Assembly (NCBI GenBank): GCA_945907065.1
Contig: CAMDSC010000002.1
Span: 96,803-160,802, forward strand
Reading direction: 5' to 3'
Length of the DNA: 64,000 nucleotides
Source of the DNA: Chitinophaga pinensis
Lineage (GTDB): Bacteria > Bacteroidota > Bacteroidia > NS11-12g > UBA9320
This document shows, piece after piece, positions 26,363 to 37,600 of this stretch. Both the position numbers and the translations under genes were made by a program. Numbering within the stretch: position 1 is the first letter of the stretch; every line of letters starts with the position of its first letter. A model generated the notes under the pieces. It worked only from the letters and a program-made list of their open reading frames with translations, was not told the DNA's origin and did not search any database.

Positions 26363-27343
26363 ATGTCCATTTCTTCTCAGATAGAATCCTTTTCAAAATT
26401 GAAAATTGTAGTAATTGGTGATGTAATGGTTGATGCCTATTATTTTGGGTCGGTTGATAGAATTTCGCCAGAGGCCCCTGTACCTGTTATTTCAGTTTCT
26501 AAAAAAGATCACAGACCGGGAGGAGCGGCAAATGTTGCCTTAAATTTAATAAGTTTTGGAGCAAAAGTTTTATTGTGTTCAGTTATTGGTTCGGATGAGG
26601 AAGGCCGAGAATTGATGTCACTTTTAAATAATGAAAAAATTGACACAAGCGGAATTTTTACGGACAACTTGCGACCCACTACAATGAAGACTCGCGTAAT
26701 TTCAAGCAATCACCATTTATTGCGAATTGACCATGAAACTACCGAATATATTTCCTCTGAAACCGAAAATTTTTTAATAGATTTTGTTAATAAATCAATC
26801 CATACAATTGATGCTATTATTTTAGAAGATTACAATAAAGGGTTGTTGACTGAACGGTTAATTTCGGAGGTGATTTCAATTGCTAATCATAATAATATCT
26901 CTACCATCGTTGATCCAAAAAAAGAAAATTTCTTTGCTTATAAAAATTGTACTCTTTTTAAACCCAACCGAAAAGAAATAAAAGAAGGGTTAAAAACAGA
27001 TTTAGATTTAACACTAACTGCCAATGTTGAGAAAGCTGCTGATGAACTAATGAATATTTTGGGCTGTAAAAATATTATGGTGACTCTTTCCGAAGATGGC
27101 GTATTTGTAAAATCTGCAAAAAAATCTGCACACATCAAAGCGCATAAGCGAAAAATTACCGATGTTAGTGGTGCTGGAGATACGGTGGTTAGTTTAGCTG
27201 CTCTTTGTTTAGCTTCAGGTATGGAACTATCCCAAACGGCAGAAATAGCTAATATTGCCGGAGGCTTGGTTTGTCAAAAAGTAGGTGTTGTGCCTATTAA
27301 TAGCAATGAACTTATAGAAGAAATTAAGAGGTTGAAAATTTGA
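26363..27343 (+). CDS. D-glycero-beta-D-manno-heptose-7-phosphate kinase (RfaE/HldE domain I, PfkB family)
   Basis: KIVVIGDVMVDAYYFGSVDRISPEAPVPV and the C-terminal PfkB signature DVSGAGDTVVSLAA. Confidence 0.7.
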   Translation: MSISSQIESFSKLKIVVIGDVMVDAYYFGSVDRISPEAPVPVISVSKKDHRPGGAANVALNLISFGAKVLLCSVIGSDEEGRELMSLLNNEKIDTSGIFTDNLRPTTMKTRVISSNHHLLRIDHETTEYISSETENFLIDFVNKSIHTIDAIILEDYNKGLLTERLISEVISIANHNNISTIVDPKKENFFAYKNCTLFKPNRKEIKEGLKTDLDLTLTANVEKAADELMNILGCKNIMVTLSEDGVFVKSAKKSAHIKAHKRKITDVSGAGDTVVSLAALCLASGMELSQTAEIANIAGGLVCQKVGVVPINSNELIEEIKRLKI

Positions 27344-27401
27344 GAATCAGATATACACATCTTAACCACGTTCAATTCTTGTCATTTTCTAATTACTACC
27401 T

Positions 27402-28901
27402 TTGCAACCAATGAAAAAAATTTCATCTGCATTAATTTCTGTTTACGACAAAGAAGGTCTTGAGCCAATCTTAAATATGCTCCAAAAGTTGGGGGTAAAA
27501 ATTTATTCAACCGGCGGCACACAAACTTTTATTGAAAATTTAAATATGGAAGTAACCCCTGTTGAAGAACTAACCGGGTTCCCTTCCATACTTGGCGGAA
27601 GAGTGAAAACTTTGCATCCAGCAATATTTGGAGGAATTTTATATAGAAGAGAAAACCAACAAGATATTGAAGAAATAGAAAAATTCGGAATTCCGCCAAT
27701 TGATTTGGTAATTGTAGATTTATACCCTTTTGAAGAAACCTTAGAAAACAAAGGTTTGGAAGATGAAGTTATTGAAAAAATAGATATTGGAGGAGTTTCA
27801 TTAATACGTGCAACAGCTAAAAACTTTAGCAATACAGTTATAGTAGCCAATAAAAATTTGTATCCTCAATTATTAAAACATCTGACGGAACAGGAAGGGA
27901 ATACTTCACTCGAAACACGAAAGTATTATGCTGAACAAGCTTTTGCTACTACATCGCATTACGATACAGCTATTCATAATTTTTTTGCAGGCAAAAAAAA
28001 TTACGAATTGAGGTATGGTGAAAACCCACATCAAACAGCAACATTTACTGGAAATTTAGAAACTCTTTTCAAAAAACATCAAGGCAAAGAATTGTCTTAT
28101 AACAATCTTTTAGATATTGATGCCGCACTTGCATTGGTAATTGATTTCCCTAAAACTGAACCGGTTTTTGCTATTATTAAACATAATAATGCATGCGGAT
28201 TGGCAATTAGGCCTACACTTCATGAAGCCTATTTAGCAGCCCTTGCCGGCGATCCTGTTTCGGCATTTGGTGGAATATTATGTTGTAATGCCGAAGTAGA
28301 TGCTGCTACAGCTTTGGAAATGGACAAGTTGTTTTTTGAAATAATTATGGCTCCAGGCTATTCTGCAGAAGCTATTCAAATTCTTCAAAGCAAGAAGAAC
28401 AGAAATATTCTTGAAATGATAGATACCAAATTACCAAATCAACTTTCGAGAACGATATTGAACGGAACACTTACTCAGGATCGTGATTCAATAACAGAAA
28501 CTATTTCAAATTTTAATACGGTGACGAATACACAACCAACAGATGCCGAAAAAAGAGACATGGTAGTAGCCAATATTTTAGTGAAACACACAAAATCAAA
28601 TGCTATAATTTTGGTAAAAGATAATCAGTTACTAGCATCAGGTACTGGTCAAACAAGCCGAGTAGATGCACTAAATCAAGCTATTCATAAATCAAATCAT
28701 TTTGGATTTTCTTTGAAAGGCGCTGTAATGTCGAGTGATGCTTTTTTCCCTTTCCCTGATTGTGTAGAAATAGCTCATAATGCAGGAATCAGCGCTGTAA
28801 TTCAGCCAGGCGGTTCAATAAAGGATAATCTTTCTATCGATTATTGCAACGCAAATAATATGGCAATGGTGATTACAGGAAACCGCCATTTCAAGCATTA
28901 A
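27402..28901 (+). CDS. purH: Bifunctional AICAR transformylase / IMP cyclohydrolase
   Basis: MGS-like N-terminus ALISVYDKEGLEPILNMLQKLGVKIYSTGGT and ...GGRVKTLHPAIFGGIL. 499 aa. Confidence 0.9.
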   Translation: MQPMKKISSALISVYDKEGLEPILNMLQKLGVKIYSTGGTQTFIENLNMEVTPVEELTGFPSILGGRVKTLHPAIFGGILYRRENQQDIEEIEKFGIPPIDLVIVDLYPFEETLENKGLEDEVIEKIDIGGVSLIRATAKNFSNTVIVANKNLYPQLLKHLTEQEGNTSLETRKYYAEQAFATTSHYDTAIHNFFAGKKNYELRYGENPHQTATFTGNLETLFKKHQGKELSYNNLLDIDAALALVIDFPKTEPVFAIIKHNNACGLAIRPTLHEAYLAALAGDPVSAFGGILCCNAEVDAATALEMDKLFFEIIMAPGYSAEAIQILQSKKNRNILEMIDTKLPNQLSRTILNGTLTQDRDSITETISNFNTVTNTQPTDAEKRDMVVANILVKHTKSNAIILVKDNQLLASGTGQTSRVDALNQAIHKSNHFGFSLKGAVMSSDAFFPFPDCVEIAHNAGISAVIQPGGSIKDNLSIDYCNANNMAMVITGNRHFKH

Positions 28902-29000
28902 TAGAATAATAAACTTGAGTAAAAATATTTTTTTTCAATTAGTAACAAAACACCTCAATTCACAATAAATTTGTAAGATTTTTAAACAGAATTCGCTTTA

Positions 29001-30023
29001 ATGGGCATTTTTAACTTTTTAACACAAGAATTAGCTATAGACTTAGGCACGGCAAACACCTTAATAGTTTATAAAGACAAAGTAGTAGTGGACGAACCAT
29101 CCATTATTGCTAAAAACAGAACTACTGGTGAAATAATTGCAATAGGCAAAGAGGCTCAAAAAATGCATGGCAAAGCCCATGAAAACATTAAGACTATAAG
29201 GCCATTAAAAGATGGTGTAATAGCAGATTTTGAAGCCGCCGAGCAAATGATTAGGGGAATGATTAAGCTTATCAATCCTAATAAAACCTTTTTTAAACCT
29301 CAACTTAAAATGGTTATTTGCATCCCTTCAGGCATTACCGAGGTAGAAAAACGAGCCGTAAAAGAATCAGCAGAAAGGGCCGGTGCCAAAGAAGTATATC
29401 TCATACATGAGCCTATGGCAGCTGCAATAGGAATTGGTATTGATGTGGCCGAGCCAATGGGCAATATGATAATTGATATTGGAGGCGGAACTACAGAAAT
29501 TGCAGTTATAGCTTTGTCAGGTATTGTTTGTGACCAAAGTATTCGTGTTGCCGGTGATGATTTTACCGAAGATATTATTGAATACATGCGTCGTCAGCAT
29601 AATCTATTAATTGGTGAAAGGACGGGAGAAATGATAAAAATTGAAGTTGGTTCTGCCCTTCCTGAATTGGATAACCCACCAGAAGATTACCCGGTTAATG
29701 GACGTGACCTTATGACTGGAATTCCAAAACAAATTTTTATTTCTTATTCTGAAATTGCCCTGTCACTGGATAAATCTATTTCTAAAATAGAAGAAGCGGT
29801 ATTAAAAGCATTGGAACTTACCCCACCTGAACTAAGTGCTGATATTTACAAAACCGGATTATACCTTACCGGTGGTGGAGCTTTGTTGAGAGGTTTAGAT
29901 AAACGGATTTCTATAAAATCAAAACTACCTGTATATGTAGCTGAAGACCCACTTCGTGCTGTAGTTAGAGGAACCGCTTATGCGTTAAAAAATCTTGAAT
30001 CTTTTAAATCAATAATGCAATAA
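29001..30023 (+). CDS. mreB: Rod shape-determining protein MreB
   Basis: LAIDLGTANTLIV..., actin-fold phosphate motifs, 340 aa. Confidence 0.95.
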   Translation: MGIFNFLTQELAIDLGTANTLIVYKDKVVVDEPSIIAKNRTTGEIIAIGKEAQKMHGKAHENIKTIRPLKDGVIADFEAAEQMIRGMIKLINPNKTFFKPQLKMVICIPSGITEVEKRAVKESAERAGAKEVYLIHEPMAAAIGIGIDVAEPMGNMIIDIGGGTTEIAVIALSGIVCDQSIRVAGDDFTEDIIEYMRRQHNLLIGERTGEMIKIEVGSALPELDNPPEDYPVNGRDLMTGIPKQIFISYSEIALSLDKSISKIEEAVLKALELTPPELSADIYKTGLYLTGGGALLRGLDKRISIKSKLPVYVAEDPLRAVVRGTAYALKNLESFKSIMQ

Positions 30024-30048
30024 TTAACAAACCCATCGGGGAAACTAA

Positions 30049-30879
30049 ATGCGTAATTTTTTCCTCTTCATACAACGTTATTCTCACTTCTTTTTGTTCC
30101 TGATTCTTGAATCTGTGGCATTTTATGCTATTTATTCTTTTAATAATTATCATCACGCCGTATTGTTAAATACTTCCAATAATGTGAATGGTTATATTCT
30201 TACACAGCGTTCAAATATTACGAAATACTTTACACTTGGAGAAGAAAATGAAAGGCTTCAATTAGAAAACAATGCTCTACGCAAGCAAGTTTTAGAATCT
30301 TATTATATTGATAAAGGAGATACCATCCGAAATACCGATACTGCTTTCCGTCAAAAATTTACATACATACCGGGTAATGTTATTCAAAATTCAACCGATT
30401 TAGTTAATAATTATATTACGATTGATAAAGGCACACGGCACGGTGTAAAAATAAACAAAGGAGTAATTGGTCCGCAGGGATTAGTTGGAAGAGTTGTGGC
30501 TGTTTCTGAAAATTTTTGTATTGTAATGTCTGTACTTAACAGTAAGTTTAGTATAATACCAAAGTCAACAAATAATGCCTACCTCGGAAAACTTGCGTGG
30601 AAAGGCGGCTCTCCATATTATGTAACAATAGAAAGGATTAATAAATTTAATTTAATAAAAAAAGGAGATATTATAAAAACTTCAAGTTCCAAAATTTTTC
30701 CTGAAAACTTAACTATTGGAAAAGTTGTAGAAGTAAAAACGGATCCTGGTAATTCATATTTTAATGTAAAAATAAAATTAGCTACAAACTTTACAAATTT
30801 GCGAAGTGTATACATAATTAACAATTTGCAAATTGAGGAAATAGAAACATTAGAACAACGCATACAAGGTGGCAATTAG
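30049..30879 (+). CDS. mreC: Rod shape-determining protein MreC
   Basis: TM anchor, coiled coil, and a beta-rich core GVIGPQGLVGRVVAVSENFCIVMSVLN. Lies directly after mreB. Confidence 0.85.
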   Translation: MRNFFLFIQRYSHFFLFLILESVAFYAIYSFNNYHHAVLLNTSNNVNGYILTQRSNITKYFTLGEENERLQLENNALRKQVLESYYIDKGDTIRNTDTAFRQKFTYIPGNVIQNSTDLVNNYITIDKGTRHGVKINKGVIGPQGLVGRVVAVSENFCIVMSVLNSKFSIIPKSTNNAYLGKLAWKGGSPYYVTIERINKFNLIKKGDIIKTSSSKIFPENLTIGKVVEVKTDPGNSYFNVKIKLATNFTNLRSVYIINNLQIEEIETLEQRIQGGN

Positions 30880-31387
30880 TATACTCAGACATATATTCGC
30901 TTTTATTATACTTGCAGGGTTGCAGGTGTTAATATTGAACGGTTTAGATATAAGTAGTTATATTAATCCGCAGGTATTTATTCTATTTTTATTGTTACTA
31001 CCAGTTAATACAGAAATTTGGTTTTGTCTAATTGCCGGTTTTATTAGTGGTTCCATTGTAGATGGATTATCAAACACAAATGGAATTCATGCTTTTGCCG
31101 GAACAGCTTTAGGCTACTTTCGTTTTTTTTATATAAAATTTTCTTTAGACAAAGAAGAAATAGAAAGGGGAATGTCGCCCAACTTAAAAAATATGCCAAT
31201 AAGTTGGCACTTTTTCTACCTACTTATTTGCTCTTTAATCTATCATTGGATCGTTTTTTTCATGGAAGCCTTTACGTTTACAGGGCTAGGGGCATTAACA
31301 CTAAAATCAGTAACAAGTGCAATAATTGCAACTTTTATTATGTTACTAATAGGTTTTTTATTTAGCCGCAAAACTACCAATGTCTGA
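30869..31387 (+). CDS. mreD: Rod shape-determining protein MreD
   Basis: Polytopic hydrophobic 172-aa protein overlapping mreC by 11 nt in the conserved mreBCD position. Confidence 0.6.
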   Translation: MAISILRHIFAFIILAGLQVLILNGLDISSYINPQVFILFLLLLPVNTEIWFCLIAGFISGSIVDGLSNTNGIHAFAGTALGYFRFFYIKFSLDKEEIERGMSPNLKNMPISWHFFYLLICSLIYHWIVFFMEAFTFTGLGALTLKSVTSAIIATFIMLLIGFLFSRKTTNV

Positions 31388-33371
31388 AGGAAGTAGCCGC
31401 AATCAATCATTAATGATATCTGTAATAGCTATCGGATTTGTATTTGCAATAAGGCTATTTTATTTGCAAGTAATAGATACTTCATATGTCGATTTTGCAA
31501 ATGCTAATTCAAAGAAAATTTTAACAATTCATCCAAACAGGGGCTTGGTTTATGATAGAAATAATAAGTTAATTGCCTTTAACGACAATTTTTATGACTT
31601 GATGATTTCATATCCTTTTGCTCTTAAAAACTTTGATACAATTGGTTTTTGCGAAATTTTAGAAATTACAAAAACTGACTTTATAAAACGGTTAAAAAAA
31701 GCGGATAAGACTGTTTACAAAGGAAGTGCCGTATTTTATAAAAATTTGGAACAATATAAATATGCCGCCTTACAGGAAAGGATATATGATTTTGAACGCT
31801 TTTATATTGATATTAAAACCGACCGCAAATACAAAACTAATGCAGGAGCTCACGTTTTGGGCTATATAGGAGAAATATCTAAAAAACAATTAGAAGCACA
31901 AGATGAAGAAAACTATTATTCGAAAGCTGATTTTGTAGGCCTTACCGGTATCGAAAAATATTATGAAAAGGAATTAAGAGGTGTAAAAGGTGAAGAAGTA
32001 ATATTAGTAGACAGCCGTGGAAGGCAACAAGGAAATTACTCAAAGGGCAAGTATGATAAACAGCCCATTGCAGGCTTGAAAGTATCAACAACATTAGACC
32101 TAACCCTTCAGGAATATGCTGAAAAGTTAATGCAAAATAAAATGGGTAGTGTTGTAGCCATAGAACCATCTACCGGTGAAATTCTTACCCTCGTTTCTAG
32201 CCCTGGTTACAATCCTGATGATTTATCCATACGTAACAAAAGAAAAAATTACGGAAAACTATTAACCGATCCCACCAAACCTCTATTTAATAGGGCAGTA
32301 ACCGCAGCTTATCCGCCAGGGTCTGTTTTTAAACTATTAAATGGATTAATCGGGTTACAGGAAGGGGTTATCTATCCCGAAACCTCTTTCCCGTGTTATC
32401 GAGGTTTTAGTATTGGCCATCTGCATGTAGCTTGCCATCCTCATCCACCCAACTTGGATTTGAGGGGAGCTGTAGCAAATAGCTGTAACGCCTATTTCTG
32501 CAACGATTTCAGGGAAATACTTGAAAACCCAAAATATAAATCGACCCGGGAGGCTTATATCAATTGGAAAGATTATATGCTGCAATTTGGTTTAGCTGGA
32601 AAATTGGGTTCTGATATAAATTTTGAATCGAAAGGTAATATACCAAGTCCTGAGTTTTATGACAAAATGCACAATGGTAAATGGGGGTTTTCCCGATTAA
32701 TTTCGCTATCTATTGGTCAAGGAGAAATACTTATCACCCCACTTCAAATGGCCAATGTAATAAGCACAATAGCTAACCGTGGCTATTATTATACTCCACA
32801 TTGTATCCGAAGGGTTGATGATAAGCCAGCTATACCAAAAAAATTCAAGGAAAAACATAGAATAAAAATTGATCGTCAACATTTTGAAACTATTGTGGAA
32901 GGTATGGCAGGAACCTTATTAAACGGAACTGCTACTGGCGTAAGAATTGACGGTATTGAAATATGTGGAAAAACAGGAACGGTGCAAAATCCTCATGGCA
33001 AAAACCATGCAGTATTTATGTGCTTTGCTCCAAAGGATAATCCCAAAATAGCCATTGCATGTATAGTAGAAAATGCAGGATTTGGTGGAACCTGGGCAGC
33101 TCCAGTAGCCACATTAATGATCGAAAGATATTTAAAAAAAGTAGATACCACTTCTCGACCCGATTTAGAGAAAAGACTATTAAATGCTTATTTTCTATCA
33201 AAACTAAAACCATCGGATACACTCAGAATTAAATTTATAAAAGATTCAACACGAAAAGCTAAAAATGATTCGACGGAACGTAAAAGAAAAAATAATAATA
33301 ACAAGGCCGAAAATTTGCCTCTAAACCGTGATTTAGTTTTAAACAAGGATGAGAGAGAAGAAAATAATTGA
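31380..33371 (+). CDS. mrdA: Penicillin-binding protein 2 (peptidoglycan D,D-transpeptidase)
   Basis: SxxK (GSVFKL), SxN-like, and KTGT motifs. N-terminal TM helix. 663 aa. Confidence 0.9.
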   Translation: MSEGSSRNQSLMISVIAIGFVFAIRLFYLQVIDTSYVDFANANSKKILTIHPNRGLVYDRNNKLIAFNDNFYDLMISYPFALKNFDTIGFCEILEITKTDFIKRLKKADKTVYKGSAVFYKNLEQYKYAALQERIYDFERFYIDIKTDRKYKTNAGAHVLGYIGEISKKQLEAQDEENYYSKADFVGLTGIEKYYEKELRGVKGEEVILVDSRGRQQGNYSKGKYDKQPIAGLKVSTTLDLTLQEYAEKLMQNKMGSVVAIEPSTGEILTLVSSPGYNPDDLSIRNKRKNYGKLLTDPTKPLFNRAVTAAYPPGSVFKLLNGLIGLQEGVIYPETSFPCYRGFSIGHLHVACHPHPPNLDLRGAVANSCNAYFCNDFREILENPKYKSTREAYINWKDYMLQFGLAGKLGSDINFESKGNIPSPEFYDKMHNGKWGFSRLISLSIGQGEILITPLQMANVISTIANRGYYYTPHCIRRVDDKPAIPKKFKEKHRIKIDRQHFETIVEGMAGTLLNGTATGVRIDGIEICGKTGTVQNPHGKNHAVFMCFAPKDNPKIAIACIVENAGFGGTWAAPVATLMIERYLKKVDTTSRPDLEKRLLNAYFLSKLKPSDTLRIKFIKDSTRKAKNDSTERKRKNNNNKAENLPLNRDLVLNKDEREENN

Positions 33372-34632
33372 TACAAATACTTTTGACTGGCCAATAATAC
33401 TAATTTATACAGTAATGGTATTGTTTGGTTGGTTCAATATTTATTCAGCCTCATGGAATGAATCAACGGGCAGTATTTTTGACCTTACTAAAAATTACGG
33501 GAAACAATTTTTATTTATTTGCATATCAGCCTTCATAGCTATATTTTGGTTATTTCTTGATCATAAAATTTTTAATCTTTTTTCATATGGAGTATACGGA
33601 ATTCTTGTTGCTCTTGTGATCAGCGTTTTTGTTTTGGGTAAAGAAGTGGCAGGTAATAAAAACTGGATACCAATTGGGAGTTTTAATCTCCAACCTGCTG
33701 AATTTGCTAAATACGGGGTTTCATTAGCGCTGGCAAAATTTTTAGGAACACCGGATGCAAGACTAAAAGATAAGAATACTTTAAGAATGGCTTTGGCTAT
33801 CTTTTTAATACCTATGGCACTAATTTTAATTCAAAAAGATACCGGTTCCGCTTTGGTTTTTTTATCATTTAGTTTGGTTCTGTATCGCGAGGGCCTATCT
33901 GGTATTTGGTTTATCATGGCTTTGTGTGCTATTATAATATTTATACTAACACTCTATTTTGGATCTATTTGGGTATCTGGAATTTTTGCAGCCATAGCTT
34001 TGTTATTTTACATATTTAGTTCACGCCGAAAATATCTAACATGGCCAGTTTTATTGGTAACCATAGCAGTTATAGGCTTTAGTTCTAGTATTAATTTAAT
34101 AATGGACAATGTACTTAAAGACCATCAGAAAAAACGTATTCTCGTTACTTTCGGATTATTAGAAGATTTAAAAAAAGAAGGGTATAATGTTCATCAATCT
34201 AAAATAGCTATAGGTTCGGGAGGAATCATTGGCAAAGGATATTTACAAGGCACTCAAACCAAGTTGAGATATGTGCCAGAACAACATACCGATTTTATTT
34301 TTTGTACTATAGGGGAAGAATGGGGCTGGATTGGGACCATGATACTTCTTATACTTTTTGTAACCCTAATTGCCAGAGTATATTATTTAGCAGAGCGACA
34401 AAAAAACCGATACAATAGAATTTATGCCAATTGCGTTGGTTCCATTCTATTATTCCATTTCACAATTAATATAGGAATGACCATTGGTTTGGTACCGGTA
34501 ATAGGGATTCCGCTACCTTTCTTTAGTTATGGAGGCTCATCACTTATCGGATTTACTGTATTATTATTTACACTTATCCGATTGGATGCTACAAGGTCTA
34601 CAGAGATGAGTACATTAAAAGATATGTACTAA
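33349..34632 (+). CDS. rodA: Peptidoglycan glycosyltransferase RodA (SEDS family)
   Basis: Ten-helix hydrophobic profile and a SEDS C-terminal region ...PLPFFSYGGSSL. Overlaps mrdA by 23 nt. Confidence 0.9.
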   Translation: MREKKIIDTNTFDWPIILIYTVMVLFGWFNIYSASWNESTGSIFDLTKNYGKQFLFICISAFIAIFWLFLDHKIFNLFSYGVYGILVALVISVFVLGKEVAGNKNWIPIGSFNLQPAEFAKYGVSLALAKFLGTPDARLKDKNTLRMALAIFLIPMALILIQKDTGSALVFLSFSLVLYREGLSGIWFIMALCAIIIFILTLYFGSIWVSGIFAAIALLFYIFSSRRKYLTWPVLLVTIAVIGFSSSINLIMDNVLKDHQKKRILVTFGLLEDLKKEGYNVHQSKIAIGSGGIIGKGYLQGTQTKLRYVPEQHTDFIFCTIGEEWGWIGTMILLILFVTLIARVYYLAERQKNRYNRIYANCVGSILLFHFTINIGMTIGLVPVIGIPLPFFSYGGSSLIGFTVLLFTLIRLDATRSTEMSTLKDMY

Positions 34633-34637
34633 AACTT

Positions 34638-37600
34638 TTAATTGACCTTTACTCCAATATCCATAAGTTCCAATTCTTTTTGCATGGTTTGGTTCCAGTC
34701 CACCTTTATCTGCCTGCTAAAAAGCTCTGTTTGATGATTGGTTTCCGTATCCTTTACAGAAATTTTAAGTGTTGCTGGACCTTTATTTTCTTTAGTAAGT
34801 TTAATAATCTGATTTAAAATTTCCTTATTAATTTGAGTAGATTTTAATTGAAGCTGAATACTTTTTAAATTGGTTGAACGCAAATCAGCCAAGTAAGTCA
34901 TTTTATTAAACTTTAATTCCAATTCATCAGGATTGCGGAAACTTGGTGTTGTTGACAAAAAACCATATAGCATTGCGTTCAATTGAAGAAACGGACGGTA
35001 GGTGGCAAAATCTTTCCCGAAAAGTGCAAAATCCTTGGCACCACTATAATCCTCAAGAACAAACTTAGCCCATGGTTTTCCTGTTTTGGTAACTCTTTCT
35101 TCAAAAAAAGTTACGATTCCCCCAATTTTCATATCCTTTCCTTTGATGGAATTTATATCTTCCAATTCAGAAATTTTTGTATTGGTAAATAAATCCATAT
35201 CCATTTTAAAATTATCCAAAGGATGACCTGAAATAAACATTCCGGCTACTTCCTTTTCTTTGTTTAATTTTTCAATAGGATTCCACTCTTCTATATATTG
35301 CAGTTTTGGTTCCTGAATATTTCCACCACTGGATTCGCCAAACAAACTGTTTTGGTTGCTAAATTTATTGTCTTGCATTTGGCCACCATATTTAATAGCC
35401 ATTTCAATACCGTTAATTAAAGAACCAGACGATTTTTCCATATATTGGGCACGATTATAAGTTCCCCAGCTATCAAAAGCACCTGCCAATGCCAAAGCTT
35501 CCATAGATTTTTTATTTACTGTACGTAAACTTGCCCGTGACGTCAGGTCAAAAATACTTAAATAGTTTCCTCCAATTTGGCGTTGATTAATAATCTCAAT
35601 CGTTGCAGCATCTCCAATTCCCTTAATTGCTCCCAATCCAAACCGAATTTCACCTTTTTTATTAACTGAAAAATTAACAATACTTTCATTGATATCTGGC
35701 CCTTTTACAACTAAACCCATCCGTTTACACTCATCCATAAAGAAGGTTATCTGGTCAATGTTTCCACTATTATGGGTAAGGATAGAAGCCATAAACTCAG
35801 GCGCATAATGAGTTTTTAAATAGGCCGTTTGATTGGCTAAATAAGCATAACAAGTTGCATGAGATTTATTAAAAGCATATTGAGCAAACGCTTCCCAATC
35901 GGTCCAAACTTTTTCACAAACTTTAAGGTCGTGGCCATTGGCTGTGCAACCTTCCATAAAGGCAGCTTTCATTTTGTCCAAGGTGCCTTTATCTTTTTTA
36001 CCCATGGCTTTTCGCAGGGTATCGGCATCGGCTTTACTAAAATTAGCAAGCTTTTGCGACAGCAACATCACCTGTTCTTGATAAACCGTAATTCCATAGG
36101 TACTTTCCAAAAATTCCGACATGCCTTCTATGTCGTAGGTTATTTTTTCACGGCCATGTTTACGGTTCACAAAGTTGGGGATGTATTCCATAGGCCCTGG
36201 ACGATACAATGCGTTCACTGCAATCAAATCCTCCAATCGTGTAGGTTTTAAATCGCGAAGCACCTTTTTCATTCCGTCACTTTCAAACTGGAATACCCCA
36301 TTAGTATCTCCCCTTTGAAACAATTCCAAAGTCTTTTCATCATCGAGCGGAATTTCATCAGGAATAATTTGAACGTTGTGATTATTTTTTATTAACTCAA
36401 TGGCATCTTTAATAATGGTAAGGGTTTTCAATCCCAAAAAATCCATTTTTAATAACCCTGCATCTTCCACCACTTTGCCATCAAATTGTGTAACCCACAT
36501 GGCAGAATCTTTGAGGGTGCAAACAGGCAAAATTTCAGTTAAATCACTCGGCGCAATAATTACCGCCGATGCGTGAACACCAGCATTTCTTACCGAACCT
36601 TCTAACAACCGGGCTTCTTTTAAAACCCGTCCTTGTAAACTATTTGTACCAATAATTTCACGAAGCTTTAAAATCCCTGTGATATCATCTGGATTATAAA
36701 TATCTTTTAACTTAGCCTCCGGCAAATCAAAAACCTGCTCATAAGTAACTCCCGGTGATTCAGGCACTAATTTTGACAACATGTTTGATTCATCCAAGGG
36801 CAATTCTAAAGCACGGGCTACATCTTTTATGGCCGATTTAGCTTTCATGGAACCATAAGTAATGATTTGTGCTACCTGGTTTTGACCGTATTTATCGATG
36901 ACATAATCAATCACTTTTTGCCGTCCGGCATCATCAAAATCTGTATCAATATCGGGCATGCTCCCTCTTTCCGGATTTAGGAACCTTTCAAAGAGCAACT
37001 GATATTTCACTGGATCAATATTAGTAATACCAATGCAATAAGCCACTGCTGAACCAGCCGCCGAACCGCGGCCCGGACCCACGGCCACACTCATTTTTAT
37101 AGCTGCTTCGCAAAAATCAGATACAATCAAAAAATAACCGGCAAAGCCCATTTTTTTGATAACAGATAATTCAAAATCCAAACGTTCCTGAACTTCAGAA
37201 CTTATTTCACCATAGCGTTTTCTTGCTCCTTCAAAAGTTAAGTGATGCAAGAAATCATCTGAATCAGTAAAAGGAGGTGGCAAAGGAAAGGCCGGCAACA
37301 TCACTTGCTTTTTTAAATCCAGCTTTTCTATTTTATCAACGATTTCAATAGTATTTTCTACAGCATGAGGAACATCACTAAACAAAGTAGACATTTCCTC
37401 TTTAGTTTTAAAATAGAACTCATCGTTAGGAAAACCAAATCTTTGACCTTTAAAATCTCCTTTAGGCGTACTTTGCACATCGCCTGTATTTATGCATAAC
37501 AATATATCATGAGCGTTGGCGTTCTCCTTATCCAAATAATGCGAATCGTTGGATACAATCATCTTCACATTATACTTTTTAGAAAAACGCATCAGCACTT